A stretch of DNA of 64,000 nucleotides from IMG/VR virus record IMGVR_UViG_3300035665_003403, positions 32,001-96,000 of that record; one strand, written 5' to 3'. This DNA comes from a virus. The translations under genes were made by a program, and so were the position numbers. The notes under the pieces were generated by a model. The model did no database searches. It was not told the DNA's origin and was given only the letters and a program-made list of their open reading frames with translations. Of this stretch, positions 39,965 to 48,315 are shown in pieces; position 1 is the stretch's first letter; each line of letters opens with the position of its first letter.

Positions 39965-42037
39965 TTAATACCTAACTTGAGTATACTCACATTTACCGTA
40001 CCAATTAATATCCGCTGTATTTAAACCAGTTACATTAACAACAATAGCTTCGTTAGGTACATCAACTGATATTGCAGCTGAGGTTGCAGCCAATGAAGCA
40101 TCACCATGAGTTGATGATAGAGCTGTACTACCAACTAATGATACTGTACCAGCAACATTCTTAACTAAACAATTACCTCTCCATTCTTTAGCATCACCAT
40201 TTGCCACATCAACACACACAATAGTAATGTTAATAAAATAAGTGTGTCCCGTATCAATTGTGAATCTAGCATATGTGCTATCAATATACATTTCTGTTTG
40301 AACATTATTTGTTGTTGCAGTATATAATGGAATAATACCATATTGACCACCATCTAAATTTAAAACATAAGCACCATTACTTCTAGCCCACTCATAATTA
40401 TGTGTGGCTGTTGCATAACCACCAGCATGAGAATAATCAGCATTAGCGGTACCACCATTTTCAGCATGACTACACAAACCATAAGCCTGACCACTACCCT
40501 CAGCATGTGAATTAATACCACCAGCAATACTAATACCTTCAGCATGTGAATAATCACCAGATGCTGTTGACCTACTACCTTCAGCATGTGAATATAATCC
40601 AGAAGCTAAAGTTAAAGAACCCTCTGAATGGGAAGCAACACCAGAAGCTAAAGTTAAATAACCCTCTGAATGAGAAGCAACTCCATTTGCAGTCGTACCA
40701 CTTCCCTCAGAGTGTGAAGCATCACCAATTGATGAATTAAATGAACCCTCAGCGTGAGAGCAATTTCCACCACCAGTGTTATAAGAACCTTCAACATGAG
40801 ATGTTACACCAGTTGAATAATTATTTTGTCCTTCAACATGAGAATAATTACCAGAAGATAAATTTTGACCACCCTCAGCATGGGATGCAAACCCAGAAGC
40901 TGTATTTTGACTCCCTTCAGCATGTGAATAACTACCACTAGCTGTGGTGTTAGTACCTTCAGCGTGTGAATTTAACCCAGAAGCAATATTAGATTGACCC
41001 TCACTATGCGCTGCCAAACCACTAGCTGTTGTCCTAAATCCTTCACTATGGGAATATAAACCAACGGACGTTGAATAAGAACCTTCAGCATGTGATGAAG
41101 TTCCACTAGCTGTAGTAAAACTACCCTCAGCATGTGAAAAATCACCTAAAGATACTGTTTTACCACCCTCAGCATGAGAACCATTACCGTTAGCAGTTGT
41201 ACCACTACCCTCAGCTAAACTATAATCACCAGTAGCAGCTATTCCGCTATTATTTTTAGCCTTAACAGAATGAGTTCCAGAATTACCACTAGTCCAATAC
41301 GTTATAGCACTTAATGCAAACGTACCACCAGTATTATTTCTAAAAGTAGAAACATCGTTAAATTGATTATAAGTTGCACCAGTTACAAAAACATCAAAAC
41401 AACATCCACTTGAACTACCACTTGTAGTACCTGTGTTTGGTGACCAGTACCCTAAACCTTCTGGTGTCAAACAGGTCCATACATAACCAACAGTTGGGCT
41501 ATCACTAATAATTAATCTATTTGTCCTAGTAATACCAGAAACATCCACCCAAATAGTTCTTCCAGTAAAATCTAATGTATTAGCTGATAAAAATTGAACA
41601 ACACTCGAAGTAACACTACCAGTGTATGCTCCACCACCAACATCAACAATTTGAACCACACTAATATCAAAATTAACACCAGAATAAGTTAACACAACAT
41701 TATTATCATCAATAACCGTTGTTGTATTAGATGTAAATATAATACTAGTATTTTGAGTAATACCACTATTTGATGGTGTCAACGCTGATAAAACACTATT
41801 ACCTAATCCCATCCTAGCGTCAAACCAACTATAAACAGTTGTTCCAGTATTACCAGAAAATGTTGAAACATATAAAGTATATTCTTCAGTAACACCAGAT
41901 GAAATAGTAGATGGACCACTAGGTAACAAATTAAAAGGCTGACCAAATATAGTACCACCAGATAATTCAGTAAATGTCTCAATTCTCTGTTTTATTTGTC
42001 TATTATCCGAATAATCTAATTTAGTTATGAATCCCAT
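39965..42037 (-). CDS. Tail fibre/adhesin with about 20 YadA-head-like SHAEG repeats
   Basis: ATG at 42037 (MGFITKLDYS) follows ATATTTATA; the track's extension to 42223 overlaps a real plus-strand gene. Confidence 0.75.
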   Translation of the reverse strand: MGFITKLDYSDNRQIKQRIETFTELSGGTIFGQPFNLLPSGPSTISSGVTEEYTLYVSTFSGNTGTTVYSWFDARMGLGNSVLSALTPSNSGITQNTSIIFTSNTTTVIDDNNVVLTYSGVNFDISVVQIVDVGGGAYTGSVTSSVVQFLSANTLDFTGRTIWVDVSGITRTNRLIISDSPTVGYVWTCLTPEGLGYWSPNTGTTSGSSSGCCFDVFVTGATYNQFNDVSTFRNNTGGTFALSAITYWTSGNSGTHSVKAKNNSGIAATGDYSLAEGSGTTANGNGSHAEGGKTVSLGDFSHAEGSFTTASGTSSHAEGSYSTSVGLYSHSEGFRTTASGLAAHSEGQSNIASGLNSHAEGTNTTASGSYSHAEGSQNTASGFASHAEGGQNLSSGNYSHVEGQNNYSTGVTSHVEGSYNTGGGNCSHAEGSFNSSIGDASHSEGSGTTANGVASHSEGYLTLASGVASHSEGSLTLASGLYSHAEGSRSTASGDYSHAEGISIAGGINSHAEGSGQAYGLCSHAENGGTANADYSHAGGYATATHNYEWARSNGAYVLNLDGGQYGIIPLYTATTNNVQTEMYIDSTYARFTIDTGHTYFINITIVCVDVANGDAKEWRGNCLVKNVAGTVSLVGSTALSSTHGDASLAATSAAISVDVPNEAIVVNVTGLNTADINWYGKCEYTQVRY

Positions 42038-42048
42038 TTGATTTTTAT

Positions 42049-42080
42049 TATAAATATTCTGATTTTTAGTTATATTTATA
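42049..42080. promoter_or_regulatory. Back-to-back ATATTTATA elements (putative late promoters)
   Basis: Minus-strand copy at 42049-42057 and plus-strand copy at 42072-42080, each just ahead of an ATG. Confidence 0.6.
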
Positions 42081-42086
42081 TATTGT

Positions 42087-42509
42087 ATGATAATCAAAAA
42101 AAAAATATTTGAAAATATTGATATAACTGAGCTGGTTAATGCTGATGGTGGTATTATTAGTGGTGATAGAAATGCTGTTTCTAATTCCGAAATAGAAACT
42201 GGACCTGTTGATAAATCATTCAATGATAATTCAGATTATGAAAAAGGTATTTCAACAACAACAGATAGAGCATCAAGATATAGACAAGATTTACCTTGGT
42301 TAAATTCATATTATTCAGGTCAAAGCCCTTTGACTAAACAAACAATGGAAGAAACCATAAATGATTTGGTAAAAAAATCAAATAAAAAGGATGGTGAATT
42401 TGTTGATAAAAATAGTAACAACATAAAAAAAGTTACCAATTATATTGAAAACATTGATTTGACTGATGATGAAATACAAGCAATTAAGAAATATTTAGAT
42501 GAATTATAA
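42087..42509 (+). CDS. Hypothetical protein
   Basis: 140 aa; first gene of a coupled operon. Confidence 0.6.
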   Translation: MIIKKKIFENIDITELVNADGGIISGDRNAVSNSEIETGPVDKSFNDNSDYEKGISTTTDRASRYRQDLPWLNSYYSGQSPLTKQTMEETINDLVKKSNKKDGEFVDKNSNNIKKVTNYIENIDLTDDEIQAIKKYLDEL

Positions 42510-42961
42510 TGCCAAATTCTGAATTACAACATAAATCATTTAGTATTTCACCAGAACAAATTAAATTCTTAGGTTCTTCATCAACATATGAAGCTCTAAA
42601 GATGAAACAAAGTAGGTTAGAAGATAATAAAACTAAAAACCCAGAAGAATTTAATAAAATGGGTGGTGAAAAAACATTATCTTACGTTAAAAAAATTCTT
42701 AATCAAGAAAGAGAAACCATTTATAACCCTAAAAAAATAGCAATGGATACAGGTCTTAAAAATCAATTCAAAAAAGAACATGAAAAAGATAGAGATAACG
42801 CAAATCCAACAGCTGTAGGTGGAATTCCTAAGATGGGTAAGGGTGATTTGAATGACAAAATACTTAATAATAAAGAAGTTTATAACGAAAATTTAAATAA
42901 AAACTCAAATAAGATAAAATATCTAATTGAGTACCTAACAAAAACAACTAAAAAATTATAA
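42509..42961 (+). CDS. Hypothetical protein
   Basis: 150 aa; TAATG overlap with the previous gene. Confidence 0.6.
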   Translation: MPNSELQHKSFSISPEQIKFLGSSSTYEALKMKQSRLEDNKTKNPEEFNKMGGEKTLSYVKKILNQERETIYNPKKIAMDTGLKNQFKKEHEKDRDNANPTAVGGIPKMGKGDLNDKILNNKEVYNENLNKNSNKIKYLIEYLTKTTKKL

Positions 42962-42963
42962 CT

Positions 42964-43317
42964 ATGCCAACACCTGGAGGTCAAACACCATTAGAAGTAG
43001 CTGCAATTGCAGCTAGAAACAGCTTAATTGCAATAAACACATATAATGTAATAGCTGGTAACAATTATGGGGCAACTCACACAAGAGCATTAGCTGATAA
43101 CTTAACACCTAACTACGGAAAAGGTACTGGTGGTTACTTAGATATTCAAAACTACTTCGCTGGAAGCGAATGGGATAGAAATGGTAATCCATTGGTAGCA
43201 TTAGGTGGTGGTAGAAATCCAGCACTATCCGATAACCAATCAACTTGGGGTTATGGTCCAGCTCAAAATTATATTGCACCTAATACAAGCTTAAACGTTG
43301 GTCAAGTAATTATTTAA
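42964..43317 (+). CDS. Hypothetical Gly/Asn-rich probable virion protein
   Basis: 117 aa; YGATHTRALAD..TP.YGKGTG..LD. Confidence 0.55.
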   Translation: MPTPGGQTPLEVAAIAARNSLIAINTYNVIAGNNYGATHTRALADNLTPNYGKGTGGYLDIQNYFAGSEWDRNGNPLVALGGGRNPALSDNQSTWGYGPAQNYIAPNTSLNVGQVII

Positions 43318-43799
43318 TGCTTAAACTTTACAATATATTTAATGAGGTTATAATTGAAGAATTAACCCCTAACTTGATATTTGAATCTGTTGATATAAAC
43401 AAGGTTAATGACGCTATCAATGGAAAATATAATGTAAATATTTTGTATAGAGATTATGATGACCCAGCTATACCACCTAGTAAACGTTATATCCAAGTTT
43501 ATAATTTTGCAAAGACAAAAGGTAATGTAACTGGAGGTAATGATGCGATTAGAGCATATCAAATTTTTGGTGGAACAAAAACTAAAAATGCCACTTGGAA
43601 AATATTTAGATTAGATAGAATTGAAGGTTGGTTTCCAACAACAGTTAAGTTCAATAAACCAATTTCTGATATGGATATGTCAATACCTAAGTATAATAAT
43701 AATGGTGATAATAGTATGTCACAAGTTTATAATAAAGTAGATTTTAATAACAATACAAACAATGGAAAATCAACCATCAGCAGACCTAAACAGGCTTAG
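43317..43799 (+). CDS. Stand-alone WYL-like domain protein
   Basis: VNILY...KRYIQVY...IRAYQ...WKIFRLDRI. Confidence 0.6.
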   Translation: MLKLYNIFNEVIIEELTPNLIFESVDINKVNDAINGKYNVNILYRDYDDPAIPPSKRYIQVYNFAKTKGNVTGGNDAIRAYQIFGGTKTKNATWKIFRLDRIEGWFPTTVKFNKPISDMDMSIPKYNNNGDNSMSQVYNKVDFNNNTNNGKSTISRPKQA

Positions 43800-44343
43800 T
43801 CATATATTAAGAGCCTCTAAGAAGGTAATGGATAAAGTTGAAACAGGTGACTTTACACCAACAGGAATCAATGCAGAATCACTGGTAACTCATGGTGAAC
43901 TTCTATCCAATTTACCAAGCAATGCACCAATAAGAACAACAAAAGCTAGTCTTTCTGAAGTAGATGAAAGAAATGCTTTGGTTAATGACAAAAACTTAAT
44001 TATGAATTCTAATTTACCAGATGTAGTGAAAAAATATATGATTGATAAACCAATTAATGTTCATGCACCAAAAAGTAAAACTAGTTTCACAAGAGAAGAT
44101 ATATTAGGTAGTGATGCCGATGAAAAACCAATGGGTATACCAAAAATCACAAATATAAAACCCAAAGCAATTACCGAAAACTACAACCCAAATATGATTA
44201 CAATCGATAAAAACGAATTGAAATCATATATACAAGAAGAAATGATTAATTCTTTATTGAAAGAAAGAGATAAGAAATTAATCGATGAAACTATCAAACG
44301 TACAATCACTACCTTGATAAAAGAAGGAAAAATGAAACGATAA
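43762..44343 (+). CDS. Hypothetical protein
   Basis: 193 aa; NSNLPDVVKKYMIDKPI. Confidence 0.6.
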   Translation: MENQPSADLNRLSHILRASKKVMDKVETGDFTPTGINAESLVTHGELLSNLPSNAPIRTTKASLSEVDERNALVNDKNLIMNSNLPDVVKKYMIDKPINVHAPKSKTSFTREDILGSDADEKPMGIPKITNIKPKAITENYNPNMITIDKNELKSYIQEEMINSLLKERDKKLIDETIKRTITTLIKEGKMKR

Positions 44344-44345
44344 TT

Positions 44346-44372
44346 AAAACACCCATTTGGGTGTTTTTTTTT
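44346..44372 (+). terminator. Intrinsic terminator
   Basis: AAACACCC-ATTT-GGGTGTTT followed by a U-run. Confidence 0.85.
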
Positions 44373-44475
44373 ATCTAAACTTTACTTAGATAAAAAATAT
44401 GATTATAATTGTTTAGTAATTTGGGAATCAGATTATAAAAAAATAAAGATAAAATAATAAAATTAATTAAAGATT

Positions 44476-45738
44476 ATGGAGAACCAACAAAATATGGCCC
44501 CAGACAGTCGTAAATTTCGCATTCTTGTAGTGCCTAGCGACAGGTCTGGGGTCAGCTGAAGCTTTTTTAGAAGTACAATACCTCATATGTATCTTGAAGA
44601 AAAATATCCTGACTTATTTTCAATAGATATTGATTACGAACCAGACCTTTCAAACGATAATTTCTTAAAGCAATATGATTTGATTCATTATCATAGAACA
44701 TTAGGTTCTTATGAAACTATGGAAGATACTCTAAGGAGATTAAAATCATTTAATATCCCATCAATTATGGATATTGATGACCATTGGGCACCTGGCCAAC
44801 ATCACCCAGCATATTTAGTTATCAAGAATAATCAATTAGATAAGAAGATATTGAATAATGTCAAGTTGGCTGATAACATCACCACAACAACACCATTGTT
44901 TGCTGCTGAGATTAGCAAGGTAAATAAGAATGTATTCGTGTTACCCAATGCGATTAATCAAAATGAATCTCAGTTTATTCCATCACCAGAACAATCCAAT
45001 AGAATTAGATTTGGGTTCATTGGTGGAAGTTCCCATTTGCATGACCTAAAAATATTAAATGGTCTTGTAAATAAGCTTAAATCAGAAGGTTACATGGATA
45101 AAATACAGTTTGTATTGTGTGGTTATGATTTAAGAGGCAACATGACTGTTATAGATGAGAAGACTGGAACACAAACCCAACGTCCAATTAAACCAACTGA
45201 AAGTGTTTGGTACGAATACGAAAAAATATTCACTGACAATTATTCAACTGTAAGTCCAGAGTACAAAGAGTTTTTACTTAAATTCAAAAATGAGGAATAC
45301 CCTAACGTTGCTAACGAACCTTATAGAAGAGTTTGGACTAAGCCAATTACATCATATGCTACTGGTTATAATTTATTTGATGTTTCATTGGTACCATTAG
45401 AAGAAAATAATTTTAATTATGTAAAATCTCAATTAAAATGTGTTGAAGCTGGATTTCATAAAAAAGCTATAGTTGCTCAAAATTATGGTCCATATACAAT
45501 TGATTTAAAAAACATAATTATGTTTGGTGGTGAAATTGATAAAACTGGTAATGCGATATTGATTGATACCAAGAAAAACCATAAAGATTGGTTTACGACA
45601 ATAAAGAAATTAGTCAATAATCCAGAATTGATTAAGATTATGGGTGAAAATCTACATAAAGACATTACATCTAAATATTCTTTAGATGCTGTATCAGAAA
45701 GTAGAAAAGACTTATATTTAAACCTTATTAACAAATGA
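44476..45738 (+). CDS. GT-B (GT4-like) glycosyltransferase with an in-frame TGA at 44557-44559 (recoded, or a pseudogene)
   Basis: ATG 44476 reads MENQQNMAPDSRKFRILVVPSDRSGVS*SFFRSTIPH, in frame with the track ORF at 44587; DIDDHW, GFIGGSSHLHDL, PLEENNFNYVKSQLKCVEAG. Confidence 0.75.
44495..44554 (+). other. GC-rich three-tier RNA stem-loop directly 5' of the in-frame stop
   Basis: UGGCCCCAGAC/GUCUGGGGUCA (11 bp), GUCGU/GCGAC and GCAUU/AGUGC. Confidence 0.7.
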
Positions 45739-46004
45739 GAATATCACTTTTATTATTTCTATTTTTAATCCTTATGGGTTGTGGTGAAAAAGAATCTGAA
45801 AAACATGATAGGATTATGAGTGAATTGGTTTGCCCAGTAATTCTAATAGGCAAGACAGATAAAGCATCAGTATTACCATCAATTGTTGTTTTAGATGGTG
45901 ATGGTAGAGTTAAAACAATAAGCCAAGGTGCTGGTGATGGATATAAAATGCCATCAGCTATATCTCAAAGTAGAGAAATTGGTGATACTTTAAAAAATAA
46001 TTAG
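45735..46004 (+). CDS. Lipoprotein
   Basis: Signal peptide MRISLLLFLFLILMG-C (lipobox). Confidence 0.7.
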   Translation: MRISLLLFLFLILMGCGEKESEKHDRIMSELVCPVILIGKTDKASVLPSIVVLDGDGRVKTISQGAGDGYKMPSAISQSREIGDTLKNN

Positions 46005-46012
46005 TACCTTTG
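46005..46012 (+). promoter_or_regulatory. Bacteroidota-type -7 element TACCTTTG
   Basis: Exact TAnnTTTG 13 nt before ATG 46026. Confidence 0.5.
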
Positions 46013-46025
46013 TTAAAAATTATTT

Positions 46026-46580
46026 ATGTTAACAAAAGAAGAGATAGTAGAAAATTACAAAAAGTACGTTAGTACTGGCCAAAAAAATGGGTTTTTAACT
46101 GATGGGTTATTAGAATTTTTAGGTCCAGACCTACTTAAGGCACCAGCCTCAACAATGAAATCATTAATCAATGCATACGAGGGTGGTTTAATTGAATACC
46201 TTATGCAAGTTACTAATTATGGTATTATGATTAATAACGCATTACCAGAATCGGAAAGAGCCGATAGAAATAGCTTACTAAAAGTTTGCTTATTACACCA
46301 AATAGGTAAAGCAAAATTATACAAACCTTGTACATCTGAATGGCACAAGAACAATTTAGGTAAGATGTATGAATTTAATGAGGATTTAGTATCTATGAGG
46401 GTTGGAGAACGTTCAGTTTATTACGCTACTCAATATGGTGTATCACTTACTGAAGATGAAATGATTGCTATTATTAATCATGATAAACCAGAGGATAAGA
46501 TGAGTGAATATCACAATTCATTAGTTGGTGATATATTGAAATCAGCAATTGTATTTGCATCTAAACACTTAAAAAAATAA
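46026..46580 (+). CDS. Degenerate HD-domain protein
   Basis: APAS...AYEGGL...LLHQIGK...RSV...LTEDEMIAIINHD. Confidence 0.55.
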   Translation: MLTKEEIVENYKKYVSTGQKNGFLTDGLLEFLGPDLLKAPASTMKSLINAYEGGLIEYLMQVTNYGIMINNALPESERADRNSLLKVCLLHQIGKAKLYKPCTSEWHKNNLGKMYEFNEDLVSMRVGERSVYYATQYGVSLTEDEMIAIINHDKPEDKMSEYHNSLVGDILKSAIVFASKHLKK

Positions 46581-46581
46581 T

Positions 46582-47085
46582 ATGGGAATCTTAGATTTAT
46601 TAAAATTTGGTGACTTGGATACTTTGACTGAAAAACTCAAAGTGAAGTTCAAAGTTAAGAATGTTTCGAATAATCCGATACCCAAATACGAATCAAATGG
46701 TGCCTCAGGTTTTGATATTAGAGCATTCATTGATGAACCAATTGTGTTAGAACCACAATCTTATGGTACAATACCAACTGGATTATATTTTGATATACCA
46801 GCTAATTTTGAGTTGCAGCTTCGTCCTAGAAGTGGATTAGCATCTAAATTTGGGGTTACCGTATTAAATTCACCAGCAACTATCGATAGTGACTACATTG
46901 GCCAAGTAATGGTAATCCTGATTAATCATGGTAAAGAACCATTTACAATAAATTCTGGGGATAGAATTGCTCAAGGTGTATTTGCTCCATCACCAACCAA
47001 TATGTTTGATATCGTGTCAGTTAAAGAAATAAATAAAATAACTGATAGGGGTGAAAACGGATTAGGAAGCACTGGAATAAAATAA
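46582..47085 (+). CDS. dut: Trimeric dUTPase
   Basis: ASGFDIRA, RPRSGLA, NSPATIDSDYIG, GDRIAQ, RGENGLGSTG. Confidence 0.95.
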   Translation: MGILDLLKFGDLDTLTEKLKVKFKVKNVSNNPIPKYESNGASGFDIRAFIDEPIVLEPQSYGTIPTGLYFDIPANFELQLRPRSGLASKFGVTVLNSPATIDSDYIGQVMVILINHGKEPFTINSGDRIAQGVFAPSPTNMFDIVSVKEINKITDRGENGLGSTGIK

Positions 47086-47086
47086 A

Positions 47087-47118
47087 TTTGTTTTTATTGA
47101 TTTAATTTCGTATTTTTG
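47087..47118 (+). promoter_or_regulatory. Bacteroidota-type promoter TTTG-N20-TATTTTTG
   Basis: Full -33/-7 consensus match upstream of 47129. Confidence 0.6.
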
Positions 47119-47128
47119 TTAAAAAAAG

Positions 47129-47374
47129 ATGAATATGCTAACAATATTAACACCCGAAGTTATAGCCAAATTGAACTATTTGGTATTGGTTTCTTTAAAA
47201 GACGAGTTAAGTTTTCTATTATTGGATATAAGTGAACTCACAAACAATAATGATGAAATCGAAATCATTGAATACGAAGTAAACAGGAATTTAAACAATA
47301 TACTTGAAGGAATATCTAAATTTGAAAAACAACCAATAGAAAAAACTATTGTCGGTAATATTTGTTTAAATTAA
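47129..47374 (+). CDS. Hypothetical protein
   Basis: 81 aa, downstream of the promoter. Confidence 0.5.
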   Translation: MNMLTILTPEVIAKLNYLVLVSLKDELSFLLLDISELTNNNDEIEIIEYEVNRNLNNILEGISKFEKQPIEKTIVGNICLN

Positions 47375-47508
47375 CCTTGTCCATTATAACGTTTTTTGTA
47401 TAATGTTGCTTTTTTATTTTTAGAAGTTTTAGTTTTAGCGTGAACACCCTTATTTTTCTTTTGGGGTTTATCTTTCCTAATAACTGTAGTGTTTTTAACT
47501 GTTGCCAT
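47371..47508 (-). CDS. Small Lys-rich protein (45 aa, absent from ORF track)
   Basis: MATVKNTTVIRKDKPQKKNKGVHAKTKTSKNKKATLYKKRYNGQG; ATATTTATT at 47521-47529. Confidence 0.75.
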   Translation of the reverse strand: MATVKNTTVIRKDKPQKKNKGVHAKTKTSKNKKATLYKKRYNGQG

Positions 47509-47539
47509 AATAACTTTATTAATAAATATAATCAAATCA

Positions 47540-47755
47540 ATGAAAACTAAAATAACTATAGATTTTGATAGTGAAAGAGATAATCAAATAATTTTAATGA
47601 AAGAACCCAGCGATGAAAAACCAGATTTGGTTGCTGACATTATTGGCACATGTGCTGCGTTATGTGAGCTAATTGATTATGGTTCCACAAATAAAATAGT
47701 AGATAAAGAGGGTTCAATATTAGCTGCTATCAAAAGTCTTAACCAATTAAGATAA
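47540..47755 (+). CDS. Hypothetical protein
   Basis: ATG 47540 (MKTKITIDFDSER) preferred, since it avoids overlap with the minus-strand gene. Confidence 0.55.
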   Translation: MKTKITIDFDSERDNQIILMKEPSDEKPDLVADIIGTCAALCELIDYGSTNKIVDKEGSILAAIKSLNQLR

Positions 47756-48315
47756 TGTTTAAAAAAATAATAAAAGAAAAGTTAAATTCATTTTTAATGG
47801 AAGGTCATAAACGAGAATTTGGTTGTGTCATGCTAGATATTGATGTTGATAAAACCAAATGGAATAAATTAATTGAATCAATTGATGAATCTGATTTATA
47901 TGAGGGTGAATCAAAAAAAGATAAGGGTGAATTTGGTGTTGAAAAACAACAACATATAACTATATTATTTGGGCTGCATTCCTCAGTAAAGGATTCTGAA
48001 GTCAATGAAATATTGGATAAGATTGAAACAATTGATTTTGATTTAACGAAGATTTCTATATTTGAAACAGATGAATTTGATGTTTTAAAATATGACGTTG
48101 TTAGTTCAGATTTGAAAAAATGGAATAAAGAATTATCTAAATTAGATAACACAAATGAATTTGATTACCACCCACATGCAACTATAGCTTATTTAAAAAA
48201 GGGAAGTGGTAAAAAATATATTCAGACTTTAAAAATGGAAGCCAAACCAGAAAGATTACACTACAGTAAAACAGATGGTACCGATAAATTTTACCCAATA
48301 AAAAAACATGAATAA
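47755..48315 (+). CDS. 2H phosphoesterase, Acb1/T4 gp57B-like (candidate anti-CBASS nuclease)
   Basis: Two HxT motifs, QHITILFGLH and YHPHATIAYLKKG; also GCVML. Confidence 0.75.
   Translation: MFKKIIKEKLNSFLMEGHKREFGCVMLDIDVDKTKWNKLIESIDESDLYEGESKKDKGEFGVEKQQHITILFGLHSSVKDSEVNEILDKIETIDFDLTKISIFETDEFDVLKYDVVSSDLKKWNKELSKLDNTNEFDYHPHATIAYLKKGSGKKYIQTLKMEAKPERLHYSKTDGTDKFYPIKKHE

Noticed and set aside
42038-42223. N-terminal extension of the 752-aa ORF in the track
   Set aside because: It is antisense to gene 42087..42509 and spans the divergent promoter pair; ATG 42037 is the better start.
44557-44600. Selenocysteine insertion at the UGA
   Set aside because: The structure is 5' of the UGA, no SECIS-like hairpin is evident 3' of it, and the position is not a redox Cys site.
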